Shown here one piece after another: positions 9,885 through 20,000 of a DNA stretch of 20,000 nucleotides. This stretch comes from an uncultured virus (IMG/VR IMGVR_UViG_3300047157_000084). Lineage: Duplodnaviria > Heunggongvirae > Uroviricota > Caudoviricetes. The stretch lies in IMG/VR virus record IMGVR_UViG_3300047157_000084; one strand, given 5' to 3'. The notes under the pieces were generated by a model. That model saw only the letters and a list, made by a program, of their open reading frames with translations. It searched no databases and had not been told where the DNA came from. The position numbers and the translations under genes were made by a program. The stretch's first letter is position 1. The number at the start of each line of letters is the position of its first letter.

Positions 9885-12800
9885 ATGCCAGATATTAAAC
9901 ATTATTTCCGTTCAGGTAAAATGAATAAAGACCTGGACGAGAGGTTAGTACCTAATGGAGAGTACAGAGACGCTTTAAATATAGAGATGTCTACATCTGA
10001 CGGTGATGATGTTGGTACTGTACAAAATGTTAGAGGTACTACTAAGGTTATTGGTAAAGGTTTATGACTCTAATGCTAAAAGTATAACTAGCGACTGGAG
10101 TGGTAGTAGTTTTGGCTTAACAAACGCTATATGTGTCGGTACTAAGCTTAATAACGAAAACGATAGAATATACTGGTTTATAAAAGCTGATGAAGCTGAT
10201 TGTATTGCTGAATATAACGACTTAACTGGTATTATATCACCTGTATTAGTAGACGCTAACAATATACTTAACTGGCAAAAAGACACTTATATAACTGGTA
10301 TAAATGTGTTAGACGATATGTTGCTGTGGACTGATGATGTTACTGAACCTAAAAAAATAGATATAAAAATATTTAAATCTGGTTGCTCCGATAACTTTAC
10401 AACCCATACAAAATATACTGGTCAAAAAATATCAGCTGCAGATTTATCAGCCGCTTCTAGTTTTACAGAAGAACATATAACTGTAGCTAGACAAGCTCCA
10501 ATGGGTAAACCAACGTTAACAATGAGCTCTTCTACAAGAGGTGGTATTGGTACAGGAACCTCTAGTGTTATAATAAGTAATGCTGTCGCTACAACTTTCA
10601 CTGATGATCAGGGAGTTGCTAAAGACGCTGGTACAGTTTTAAATTTAAACTTTTCACCATTACCAAACTGGCAGCCTGGAGATATAATAACCTGTACATC
10701 TACATATGAAGATCTAGGTCAGCAAGAAACTTTGAAATAAAATTATTAATAAATAGTATAAGTGCTAGTAACGTTTTTAACTGTATTATACAAAGTATAC
10801 CAGTTGAGTTACCTTATGTGCCGTTAACATGGGAAGCTATATTGAGTGAAGAAGGTGTGTTATTTGAAAAGAAATTTGTAAGTTTTGCTTATAGATGGAA
10901 ATACTACTCCGGCGAATACTCTACGTTTTCACCTTTTAGTGAGTTAGCTTTTTTACCTGACACTTTTGAATATTTATCCACTAACGGTTACAACGATGGT
11001 ATGATAAATAATTTAAGACAATTATCAATAAATATAACTGAATCTAGACCTATTGATGTTGAAGAGGTTGAAATATTATATAAAGAGTCTAATAACAACA
11101 ATGTATACGTCGTAGACACGCTTAAATATGCTTCTGACGGCACTTTCCCTACTGAGTATAAGTTAGAGTCAGAAATAATAAGTAAGACCGTAGAAACTAA
11201 TCAAATGATTAGACCTTGGGATAACGTTCCAAGAAAAGCAAAAGCTCAAGAGGTAACTGCTAATAGACTTATATTTGCTAATTATCTACAAAATTACGAT
11301 ATACCTGATTTTAACTTACCTAACATTAGCATGTCTATTTCTCAAGCTGCTATAACTACTGTTAAAGAACCTCAATTATCAATAAAATCACTTAGAACAT
11401 ATCAAACTGGTGTTGTTTATATAGACAAGTACAATAGACAGTCACCTGTGTTTACTAGCTCACAAGCATCTAAACAAACAAGTAAAGATTACGCTAAAAC
11501 AGTAAACAGTATAAACGTTACTTTAAATAATCAACCACCAGACTGGGCTACACATTTTAAATACTACGTAAAAGAAACATCTAACGAATATTATAATTTA
11601 GCTATGGATAGATATTATCTAGCTGAAGATGGTAATGTTTGGTTAAGCTTTCCATCATCTGAAAGAAATAAAGTTGATGAGGAAACTTACTTGATATTAA
11701 AGAAAAAGCATGATAATAACGAGTTTGTGGCAACAAAGTCTAGATACAAAATACTAGATATATCAAACGATGCTCCTGATTTTTTAAAATTAAAAGAAAG
11801 AGCTATAGCAACGGGTGATGTAGAAGCTAGATCGTCTAGTATACCACAAATTGGTAGTATATCTTTTGAGTTTAGGGGGCCAGATCCAGTTGCAAACCCT
11901 AGTTTTGGTGAGGGATTTTCATCTGATGCTGTAATTCAAATAGTAGTAGGTGGTGTAGCAACAGATAAATATAAAGTAGTTAGCGGTGGCCCAACTGGTG
12001 ATAAAGACACTACTGGATCAAATGACCAAAAAGAACACATATATAAAATAACATTAGAAGAGCCAATTAAAACTGGTGACACTATGGTTAGTAGTTTATC
12101 ATCTGGTGATGCTTTTGAAATAGTGTTATTTGAAGAAAAATTCGAAAGAAAAGCTGAGTTTTATGGTAGATTTTTTGTAAAAGTAAATAGAGATAGTAAC
12201 TTTGATACTAATATAATATCTTCTTTTCCAGAAGAAAACGAGCAGTTTGGTATATCAGATGCTAGAACTATATTTCAAAACTGTCCAAACACTGGTCCTG
12301 GTGATTCAACATCTGAAGCATCATGGTTTGATACACGAGCTAGACACAATAAAGTAAGTCAAGCTAATAACGGCCATCCTAAGTTAGGATCTCACAATAT
12401 GACAATTGTTTTTGCAGGTGGACCAAAAAGTGGTGAGAAAAACTTTGATTCAAGCCACGGTGTTCCTAATGATTTTTTAGGATCATTACAACAACACGAT
12501 ACGTTGTTTAGATTTAAAGGTAGTCAAGCAGACGCTCTAGGTGAAATATATAAAGTAACAAACTGTGATGTAGATTATAAATACAGGAGAAACGGTAGAA
12601 AAAGATTATTTTCTAGTAAACAAAGAAGATATAATATAACATTTGAGCATCATAAAAATGGTACTCCATATGAAGACTCATTTACATTTCCTTCATCAGG
12701 CAGTGCTTCTAATTATGCAGATGAAATACAAATACTACAAAATGTGATAACAACAGATGTTGAGGTTTTAACATCAGATAATCCAGCTATATGGGAAACA

Positions 12801-15800
12801 GAACCTAAAGAGTCTGTTGAATTAGATCTATATTATGAAACAGGTTTATCTAGACCTATATCACAACACGGACAAGCTCATGTTTTAGATTTTAAAAACT
12901 GTTATTCTTTTGGTAACGGTGTAGAGTCTGATAGAATAAACGATGATTATAACGCTCCACGTATGGGTAAAGGCGTTAAGGTATCCGCTGTATTAGATGA
13001 GCCATATAAAGAAGAAAAAAGAAAAAATGGTTTAATATATTCAGGTATATTCAACTCAACAAGTGGTGTTAACAAGCTTAATCAGTTTATACAAGGTGAA
13101 GCTATAACAAAAGATTTAAATCCGCATTACGGATCAATACAAAAACTACATGCTAGAAACACAGATCTTATAGTTTTGTGTGAAGATAAATGTTTAAAAG
13201 TTTTAGCCAATAAAGATGCTTTATTTGAAGCTAGTGGTAATCCACAATTAACCGCGACTAATAGGGTTTTAGGTCAATCAATACCTTTTATAGGTGAGTA
13301 TGGTATTTCTTTAAATCCAGAATCATTTGCTTCGTATGCTTATAGATGCTATTTTACAGATAAATCAAGAGGTGTTGTAATTAGATTATCAAGAGATGGT
13401 TTAACAGCAATATCAGAACATGGTATGAGAGATTATTTTAAAGACACTCTACCAGCTTCAACATTGATATTAGGTAGCTACGATGGTAGTAAAGGTTTAT
13501 ATAACTTAACATTAAATAATCAAACAGTTGCTTTTGATGAAAAAGTAAAAGGATTTCCTAGTTTCAAATCTTTTGTACCAGAAGGTGCTTTATCATTAAA
13601 CAACAAATATTATTCAATTAAAAACGGCGAACTGTTTGTTCATACTAATGAACTTAGAAATAACTTCTACGGTGTGCAATACGAATCAGATGTTACTTTT
13701 TTAATAAATGAAATGCCAGAAACTATTAAAGGTTTTAAAACATTAAACTACGGAGGATCTGCATCAAAAGTTTACACAAACAATTATAGCAATTCTACAT
13801 CTACAAGCACTAAAGGTTGGTATTGTGATTATATACATACAGATACTCAACAAGGTTTTATAAAAGAGTTTAAAAGAAAAGAAGGTAGATTTTACAATCA
13901 CATTAAAGGCGAAGCTACAACTTTAGCTAACCTAGACTCTAAAGAATTTAACGTTCAGGGTATAGGTCAGTTAACAGCTATATCTGGTGATACAGCTCTT
14001 AGTGATAAAACAGTTACGGTTAGTTTAACTGGTATAGCTAATACAACTAATCCAGGTTCTACGTTTGACGTTGAGGTTGGTACAGAAATACATAGCACTA
14101 ATTCTAGTGTAACAGTATTAATAACACCTAATACTGGTTCTACGTTAGCTGCTAGTGATTTAAGTGTTGCTGGAAGTGCTACTGGAGCTTATGTTGATAG
14201 TGTTAGTTTTGCTCAGAGCGGTTTAAATGTTATAGCAACAATAAACTTTACTGATGGTGTTAACATGCCTTCTAGTAACTTGAGTATAGCCTTAGCTGTA
14301 ACAGGTGATGGTGTTTTAAATAAATACAAGCTAGAAAACTTAGTTATAGTAGATCAAAGTGACGGTAATATAACACAAACAGTTAGCTACACTGGCTCAG
14401 GAAATAATGAAACAGCAAACCCGGTTGGTAATCAATTAGGTTATCAAGCTAATTATAGCACAAAAAACACGGTTGCTACTGTAACTTTAGATTTAGCCAC
14501 TGGTTATAATTTTAATGAAGAGCCTAGCTTTAAAATAACAATAGAAGATGATGATCCTGAAAGCTACTATGTTATAACGTACCAAGATAAAGACGTTAGT
14601 AATAATAACATAACTATAGGTGTTGGTGGTAAGATTTTAGCTGACGTAGATAAAAGAGTGTATAGCATAGATTACAAATTTCCTGCACAAGACACTAATA
14701 AAAATGAAATAATATTCCATAGTAAGTCTGTGTTGGAAAATGATGCTGATGTAAATAAAATAAGCGCATATGATTTAATAGGTGGTAACACTGTAGGTAG
14801 ATTTGCACAAACAAAAGAATTAAAAATATTTGGAGCTGTAGGTGCTGATTTTAGAGTTAAAAACTTTACAACCTCAACAGCCAGCACATCAGGGTCTAGC
14901 ACAACATTAACTTTAACAGCTGTAAATAACGACATTAAAACAGGTATGCTAGTAACTGGCACTGGAATAAGTGGAACTGTAACTGTGGCTGGTATAAGCG
15001 GAACATCTATAACATTAAACACCGCTCAAACAATAAGTAGCACCACTGTAACTTTTTCTGAGTGGTGGAACGGTACTACATTTGTAGGTTCTGAAACTGA
15101 TCTAGAAATACCTGCTGCAGGATTTTCTTTAATATCAATACCTTTCTTTGAAACTTCTGTTTCTAAAAGATATTACATATTTATTGAAGCTATAAGCCCA
15201 ACAGCTTTGTTACCTATAACTCCATTAAGTTCTGGAGATCCTGTTTTACAAGGAAACGTATACAACTCTTCTAATGTTGTACAAAATCCATTTTATATAA
15301 ATCAACTTTCAAATGTAGATTTAACACTTGGTATGGCAACAACTGGTGATTTCACTATAACATCTAGTAGTGCTACAAAAACATATACAGCTTTATCTTA
15401 TCCTGTAGAAAGTTCAGAATTTTCAGAGTTTAGTTTAAATTTAACAGCAACAGCTACTGGTAATATAACTAAAACAAAAGATCCAGAAATAGAAGACTGG
15501 TCTAACTATGTTTCAACATCTTCAGAAGATATAGATATATTTTCTAATGGTTTTGAACTAGACTATCAAACACCTATTATAACTATAAATAACTCTGCAT
15601 CACCTAAAACAATAAGTATAGTGGGTAAGATGTTTGTTAGTAAGTATGGTAGTGATGATTTAACTTCTAACTTAGCTATAAATAATTTCGCCTCTGTAAC
15701 TGGCGGTTCTAGTTCTGGTGGAGCAAGAATATACACACCTACAGTTACTGGAGCAGGTGGTGGATTGATACTAGGAGCGCATAGAGCATCATATAATGAT

Positions 15801-16118
15801 GGTAATGGTAATAGTGGTACTAATTCTAAAAGTGTGTTGATAGGCACTTTATCTTTAACAAATTTAACTAGTGGTACTGGTGTTTTATATGGTAATTTCT
15901 ACGGAAACAACTTACAACAAATAGCGCTTACTATATCTGCAACAAGCTCTTCAGCTTTCCATCAAACACAAAGTTTAACCATATCACCTACTAGTTTAAT
16001 TGGTGTTGCTCCAGCGCAAGACTTGCATTACAGTTGGACTGCAAAATTAGATGAAGTTATAGACGCTTCTTCAGACATGACATTTAACATAGCTGTTAGT
16101 TTAGCTAACGAACCATAA
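9885..16118 (+). CDS. Tail stabilization/muzzle (nozzle)-like protein, ~2077 aa after repairing two compensating indels
   Basis: The three track ORFs (9885-10067, 10003-10740, 10818-16118) join. An extra A at ~10058 (GGTAAAGGTTTAT) and a missing A at ~10729 (GAAACTTTGAAATAAAA) restore one frame, and 9885 and 10818 share a frame. The N-terminus GKMNKDLDERLVPNGEYRDALN, plus LLWTDDVTEPKKI, FAYRWKY, SPFS, NCYSFGNGVES, GEYGISLNPESFA and YFTDKSRGVVIRLSRDGLT, are motifs I associate with P22 gp10-like/crAss muzzle beta-propeller proteins. Confidence 0.75.
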
Positions 16119-16128
16119 TAGATAAGAT

Positions 16129-16446
16129 ATGCCAAATATAACAATGACATTTCCACATATTCAAGATTCAGTACAAGTTGGTGACACAGCTTACTATCAA
16201 AACACAAGTGGTACTATAGTACAAATGGGTGCAGTTACAGCTGTTACTAATAATAGTATAAGTTGTGATATAGGTGGTTTGGTAGTTAGACCTACTAGCA
16301 GCGACTTTATTCTGTTTAGTAAAGACAGTAGAGGTAATACATCTTCTATAAGAGGATACTACGCTGAAGTTAAAATGAAAAACGACGCTACTGCTGCTTG
16401 TGAGCTATACGATGTTGGTAGTGAGATATTTGAATCGAGCAAATAA
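16129..16446 (+). CDS. Small conserved virion-associated protein (105 aa), resembling a detached muzzle C-terminal module
   Basis: Intact ORF after a TAA-TAG double stop. Motifs DSVQVGDTAYY, FILFSKD, RGYYAEVKMKN and ELYDVGSEIFESSK. Confidence 0.7.
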   Translation: MPNITMTFPHIQDSVQVGDTAYYQNTSGTIVQMGAVTAVTNNSISCDIGGLVVRPTSSDFILFSKDSRGNTSSIRGYYAEVKMKNDATAACELYDVGSEIFESSK

Positions 16447-16479
16447 TGTGTAATAATATAACAAGATAAATATAACAAT

Positions 16480-17085
16480 ATGACAGGAGCAGCAATAAGC
16501 GCGGGAGTTCAAGGTTTAGCAGGTATCGCTGGTGGTATAATCGGTGGTGGTAAGCGAAGACGTGAACAAAGGGCTGCGCAAGCAGAAATGCAAAGAGCTA
16601 AAGCTAGAATGATGAATTTAGATACATCGAACTTAGCTGCTAACATGGAAAATCCATATGAAGACTTAACGGTTAATACTCAAGCTGCTGACTTTGCAGC
16701 TCAACAAAACCAAGCCAATTTAGCTAACACTATGTCTGGTTTACAAGGTGCTGCTGGTGGTTCTGGTATAGCTGCTTTAGCTCAAAGTATGGCTAACGCA
16801 GGTGCCCAACAAAACCAAGCGGCTTCTGCTAGTATAGCTCAACAAGAAAGTGCAAATGCTAAAATGGCTGCGCAAGGAGCTATGCAAGTACAACAAGCGG
16901 ATGTAGCTGGTGCAACAGCTGCTAGAGGTTTAGAATATCAAAAAGCTGGTGGATTAATGAGTATGGCACAAAATAGATTAGGTGCTGCTAACGCAGCAAG
17001 AGCAAACGCAACAGCAAGTATAATGGGTGGAGTTGGTGCTTTAGGCCAAGCCGCTGGAGCTACGTTTGATGAACTTAATAAATAA
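16480..17085 (+). CDS. Putative ejection (internal virion/pilot) protein, Ala/Gly/Gln-rich, 201 aa
   Basis: Gly/Ala-rich hydrophobic N-terminus followed by a basic patch (GKRRREQR), A/Q helical tracts, GGSGIAALAQ and a Gly-rich C-terminus. This composition is typical of P22 gp7/T7 gp14-type proteins, and it is the first gene after the tail genes. Confidence 0.6.
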   Translation: MTGAAISAGVQGLAGIAGGIIGGGKRRREQRAAQAEMQRAKARMMNLDTSNLAANMENPYEDLTVNTQAADFAAQQNQANLANTMSGLQGAAGGSGIAALAQSMANAGAQQNQAASASIAQQESANAKMAAQGAMQVQQADVAGATAARGLEYQKAGGLMSMAQNRLGAANAARANATASIMGGVGALGQAAGATFDELNK

Positions 17086-17090
17086 AAACA

Positions 17091-18644
17091 ATGGCAACAA
17101 AACAAAGAACAAGTAGTCCAAATTATTTCGGAAATTTAAAAACATCTGATGCTAATCTTTCGAGTGGAGCAAATGTCAATATATTTAACGCAACAGCTAA
17201 AGGTGCTAGAGCTACTGGTATAAACCTAGGACCAAAAGGTCCAACACAAGCTGAAAAAGAAAAAGCACAAAGTGATGCTATTGTCGCTCATAATTTAGAA
17301 AACTCTCCTCAAATAAATTGGTCTCAATTTCAAAACATACCTAATAGTCTTCAACAAAACATAATGAGTATAGTGACAGAAAAAGCTGCGGAAAGAGGCT
17401 ATCTAACACATTTAACAAAACGCTCGGGAGCTACAGATTTTATTGGTAAATCAGAAATAGCATCACAAATAAATTCAAATGAGGATTTAATAATGAATCA
17501 TATACCTGGTCAATTAGAGAAATTTAGTGCAATACTTGATGGTTTTCCTGAAGACGCTTATAATAATAATTTTTCTGTAATGAACGACCCTAAAGACGTT
17601 ACATTTAACAGTAATTTATCTGCAGGAAAAGGTGAATACAGTATTGATGAAAATTTTAATATTCTCGTTGATGGTAAGTCTGTAAATGAAATTAAACCAC
17701 TTGAACCTATTAACTATGAAATGGGTAGTCAAATGTTAAAAACATTTACATCTGCTTATGATAACGGTGTTGCTTTATCTAAAAACGAATTAGGCTTAGC
17801 TTCGACAAACTTTAAAATGGCCTTAAACAAAAATGGCACAGGTGCATTATTATCTACGGCTTTTGACGATACTATGAGCATGAATGGTACACTTTTAAAT
17901 CAAGACGATTATAAAAATGAAATAGCAGCTATTAGAGGAGACGATCCAGATGCTAAGATGCAAGCAATAGAAAAAATAAAATTAGCCGTAACAGATGCTT
18001 ATTTAGAAAAATTAACACAGCAAGCTAATGATGGTGTTGCTTTTAAACAAAGTAAAAATAATCCAACAATTACTAGCGGATCAACTATAGCTGGTGTTCC
18101 AGGATATGGTAGCGAAGATGGTAATATAGATGTTATGAATTTTTACAATAATTTTGATTTTGGTTATGACGCTGTTAAAAAGGGCGTGAATAATAGTATG
18201 CCAAACCGTGCCGCTATTTTATCTGGTAATACTACCGGTAACTTTCCTGATGAATATAATTTAGAGCAACACCTTGGTAATAGACCAGAAATATCTGATT
18301 TAGGTATATACTTAGCTAGTAATGGTTATAACTTGGGAATTATTGGTAGAAATTTTATATTTGAAGGTGAAGAAATGGATGGTGAACAAGCTAAAGCGCA
18401 AGCTATTAGTAAGTTCACAACGGATGAAAAAAGAAAGTATTTTAACCCACAATCAACAAAACAAGAACAAGCAAACATATTAGGAAAATATATTACTCCT
18501 GGAAAAAATAAATATTCTTTAAGTTCTAGAAAACTAGGAACAGCAAATACAAAAGAAGAAAGAAGTAAGTATGCATTTGATGTAGACCCTAATAATCCTG
18601 AAACGTTACAAGCAGCTATAAATAAACTATCTAAATTAAATTAA
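17091..18644 (+). CDS. Putative internal virion/ejection protein (517 aa)
   Basis: Intact ORF, Asn-rich, largely helical, with no Cys. It lies between the small pilot-like gene and a larger ORF, the usual small-medium-large podovirus ejection order. No catalytic motif recognised. Confidence 0.5.
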   Translation: MATKQRTSSPNYFGNLKTSDANLSSGANVNIFNATAKGARATGINLGPKGPTQAEKEKAQSDAIVAHNLENSPQINWSQFQNIPNSLQQNIMSIVTEKAAERGYLTHLTKRSGATDFIGKSEIASQINSNEDLIMNHIPGQLEKFSAILDGFPEDAYNNNFSVMNDPKDVTFNSNLSAGKGEYSIDENFNILVDGKSVNEIKPLEPINYEMGSQMLKTFTSAYDNGVALSKNELGLASTNFKMALNKNGTGALLSTAFDDTMSMNGTLLNQDDYKNEIAAIRGDDPDAKMQAIEKIKLAVTDAYLEKLTQQANDGVAFKQSKNNPTITSGSTIAGVPGYGSEDGNIDVMNFYNNFDFGYDAVKKGVNNSMPNRAAILSGNTTGNFPDEYNLEQHLGNRPEISDLGIYLASNGYNLGIIGRNFIFEGEEMDGEQAKAQAISKFTTDEKRKYFNPQSTKQEQANILGKYITPGKNKYSLSSRKLGTANTKEERSKYAFDVDPNNPETLQAAINKLSKLN

Positions 18645-18645
18645 T

Positions 18646-20000
18646 ATGCCGGATCCTAGTTACAAAGATCCTTTATTAGATTTGTTAACCGTAGATAATG
18701 GTGATGAGCTTAATGAAGAAAACAATTATGATATACTTGACTTATTAACAGGTAACGAGGAAATAGATCCCGATCCTGATAAAAAAGTATCTAAATCTAC
18801 ATATCAAAAAACTGAAACTAAATTTGTACCTTATTCTAAGAATAGTGGCCGAGGTTCTTGGGTTACAACAAAAGGACCCGAATACACGTCTGATCTTGAC
18901 GAAGCAAAATATACTAAAACTCTAGACAACGGAGATACAGTAAATCTTTCATTAGTGGAACTTTCTGATCCTAAGAAAAATCCAGAACTCAACCAATACA
19001 TATCAGATAAAAACGAAGAATTTGATAAAGAAGATCTTTTCAAACCATATGAAATAGAAGGTTATTATTCGCAAAAAGAAGGTTACACTATAGGTGGTGA
19101 AACTGTTAAACCCTATGAAAAAGAACTAAACGATAATAGAATTCTTTTAAATGAGTTGTCCGAAAAAGGCATGATGCATAAAATACCAGAAGAGTTTAGG
19201 TGGGATAACGATATATCTAATGATAATGGTGTTTTAGAAGTTACTGACGAAATACTTGAAGCCTATACTAGAAGCAAACTAAAAGATGGTATTTTAATGA
19301 ACGGCATACAGGATCAATGGACCGACATATTAGAAGACATGCCAGATGGAGTAAGAGAAGCTAATCTACTAGAAAGACAAAAAAGATACGACAACGCTGA
19401 TGCTAACAACTATGTAGATGATCAAGATAAGTTCATGTTAAGCGCTAAAGCTTTTAATAGCGATGAAAAAGTAAAAAAAGTTTTAGACTTTGAAGAAAAC
19501 GTATTAGACAAAGACTTTGTTTTTGAAAATATTAATAATGAAGATCTAATATCTCTTAATGGCAAGCAAGTGCCAGTATCTTTGTACGAGGACTACGAAG
19601 CTAATTCTCTTGGTGTAAAACAAAAACAGTTAGAACTACAAGGACAATATAGTGATTTATTAAGCAGAAGAGATGAAATAAAGAATGCTGGTGTAGAGCT
19701 AGATTTATTAGTTAGAGATTACAGTATAGCTTCAAAGTTTGGTTATGTTGCAATGCACGGTTTAGGAAATTTATTTGTTGGAGCTGGTGAATATTTAGAA
19801 GCTGGTGGTAACATAATACTAGACAGGTTTGATGGTAGTACTAAAGAGGAAAGAGGGACAACATTTATTGCTGATTACGGTAAAAAAAGAAGAGAAAACA
19901 ACGATAAGATGATGAAGAAGTTTTCTAGAGACGTAGAGTTTAATTCAGATTTGTTTGACGTAAATAATATGGCTAGATTTTTAGCTGAAGAAACAGCTAG
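18646..20000 (+). CDS. 5' part of a large acidic protein (at least 451 aa), probable large internal virion/cargo protein; missing from the ORF track
   Basis: ATG at 18646, one base after the previous TAA. I read the frame by hand from MPDPSYKDPLLDLLT to NNMARFLAEETA with no stop before the window end. Confidence 0.85.
   Translation, partial: MPDPSYKDPLLDLLTVDNGDELNEENNYDILDLLTGNEEIDPDPDKKVSKSTYQKTETKFVPYSKNSGRGSWVTTKGPEYTSDLDEAKYTKTLDNGDTVNLSLVELSDPKKNPELNQYISDKNEEFDKEDLFKPYEIEGYYSQKEGYTIGGETVKPYEKELNDNRILLNELSEKGMMHKIPEEFRWDNDISNDNGVLEVTDEILEAYTRSKLKDGILMNGIQDQWTDILEDMPDGVREANLLERQKRYDNADANNYVDDQDKFMLSAKAFNSDEKVKKVLDFEENVLDKDFVFENINNEDLISLNGKQVPVSLYEDYEANSLGVKQKQLELQGQYSDLLSRRDEIKNAGVELDLLVRDYSIASKFGYVAMHGLGNLFVGAGEYLEAGGNIILDRFDGSTKEERGTTFIADYGKKRRENNDKMMKKFSRDVEFNSDLFDVNNMARFLAEETA

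Noticed and set aside
10818..10820. GTG as an independent start of the 1766-aa ORF
   Set aside because: The frame stays open upstream to ~10730 and joins the preceding fragments through compensating indels, giving one gene from 9885.
457..19043. Minus-strand ORFs (457-693, 775-969, 2804-2989, 10062-10286, 14672-15022, 15566-15847, 18831-19043)
   Set aside because: They are short antisense shadows of + strand genes, with no recognisable protein features.
1..20000. CRISPR arrays, tRNAs, DGR template/variable repeats, IS elements
   Set aside because: Intergenic spaces are about 60 nt or less. I saw no regularly spaced repeats, cloverleaf, long duplicated segment, reverse transcriptase or transposase.

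Overview
The window is AT-rich, all + strand and tightly packed. It is the virion morphogenesis module of a tailed dsDNA phage with podovirus-type architecture. Gene order: terminase large subunit (5'-truncated), portal, acidic scaffold-like protein, major capsid protein, terminator, conserved hypothetical, two head-tail ring/adaptor-like proteins, a ~2077-aa tail stabilization/muzzle-like protein, a 105-aa protein, two ejection-like proteins, and the start of a further large ORF that runs off the window. The RRxGFS terminase P-loop, the gene order and the A-rich starts without Shine-Dalgarno sites point to a marine Bacteroidota (Flavobacteria) phage. From memory it resembles Cellulophaga podovirus/uvMED-type phages, distantly crAss-like; no search was run. 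The fragmentation of terminase, portal, capsid and the muzzle 5' end comes from small indels, many in homopolymers, with no nonsense substitutions seen, so it is most likely long-read error. The most interesting signals are: (1) an apparently split muzzle gene with a ~716-aa Thr/Ser-rich beta extension, whose usual C-terminal module seems to sit in a separate gene; (2) a 13-nt motif shared upstream of two genes; (3) a long intergenic hairpin without a U-tract; (4) an unannotated large cargo-like ORF. I found no clear new defence, CRISPR or mobile system.
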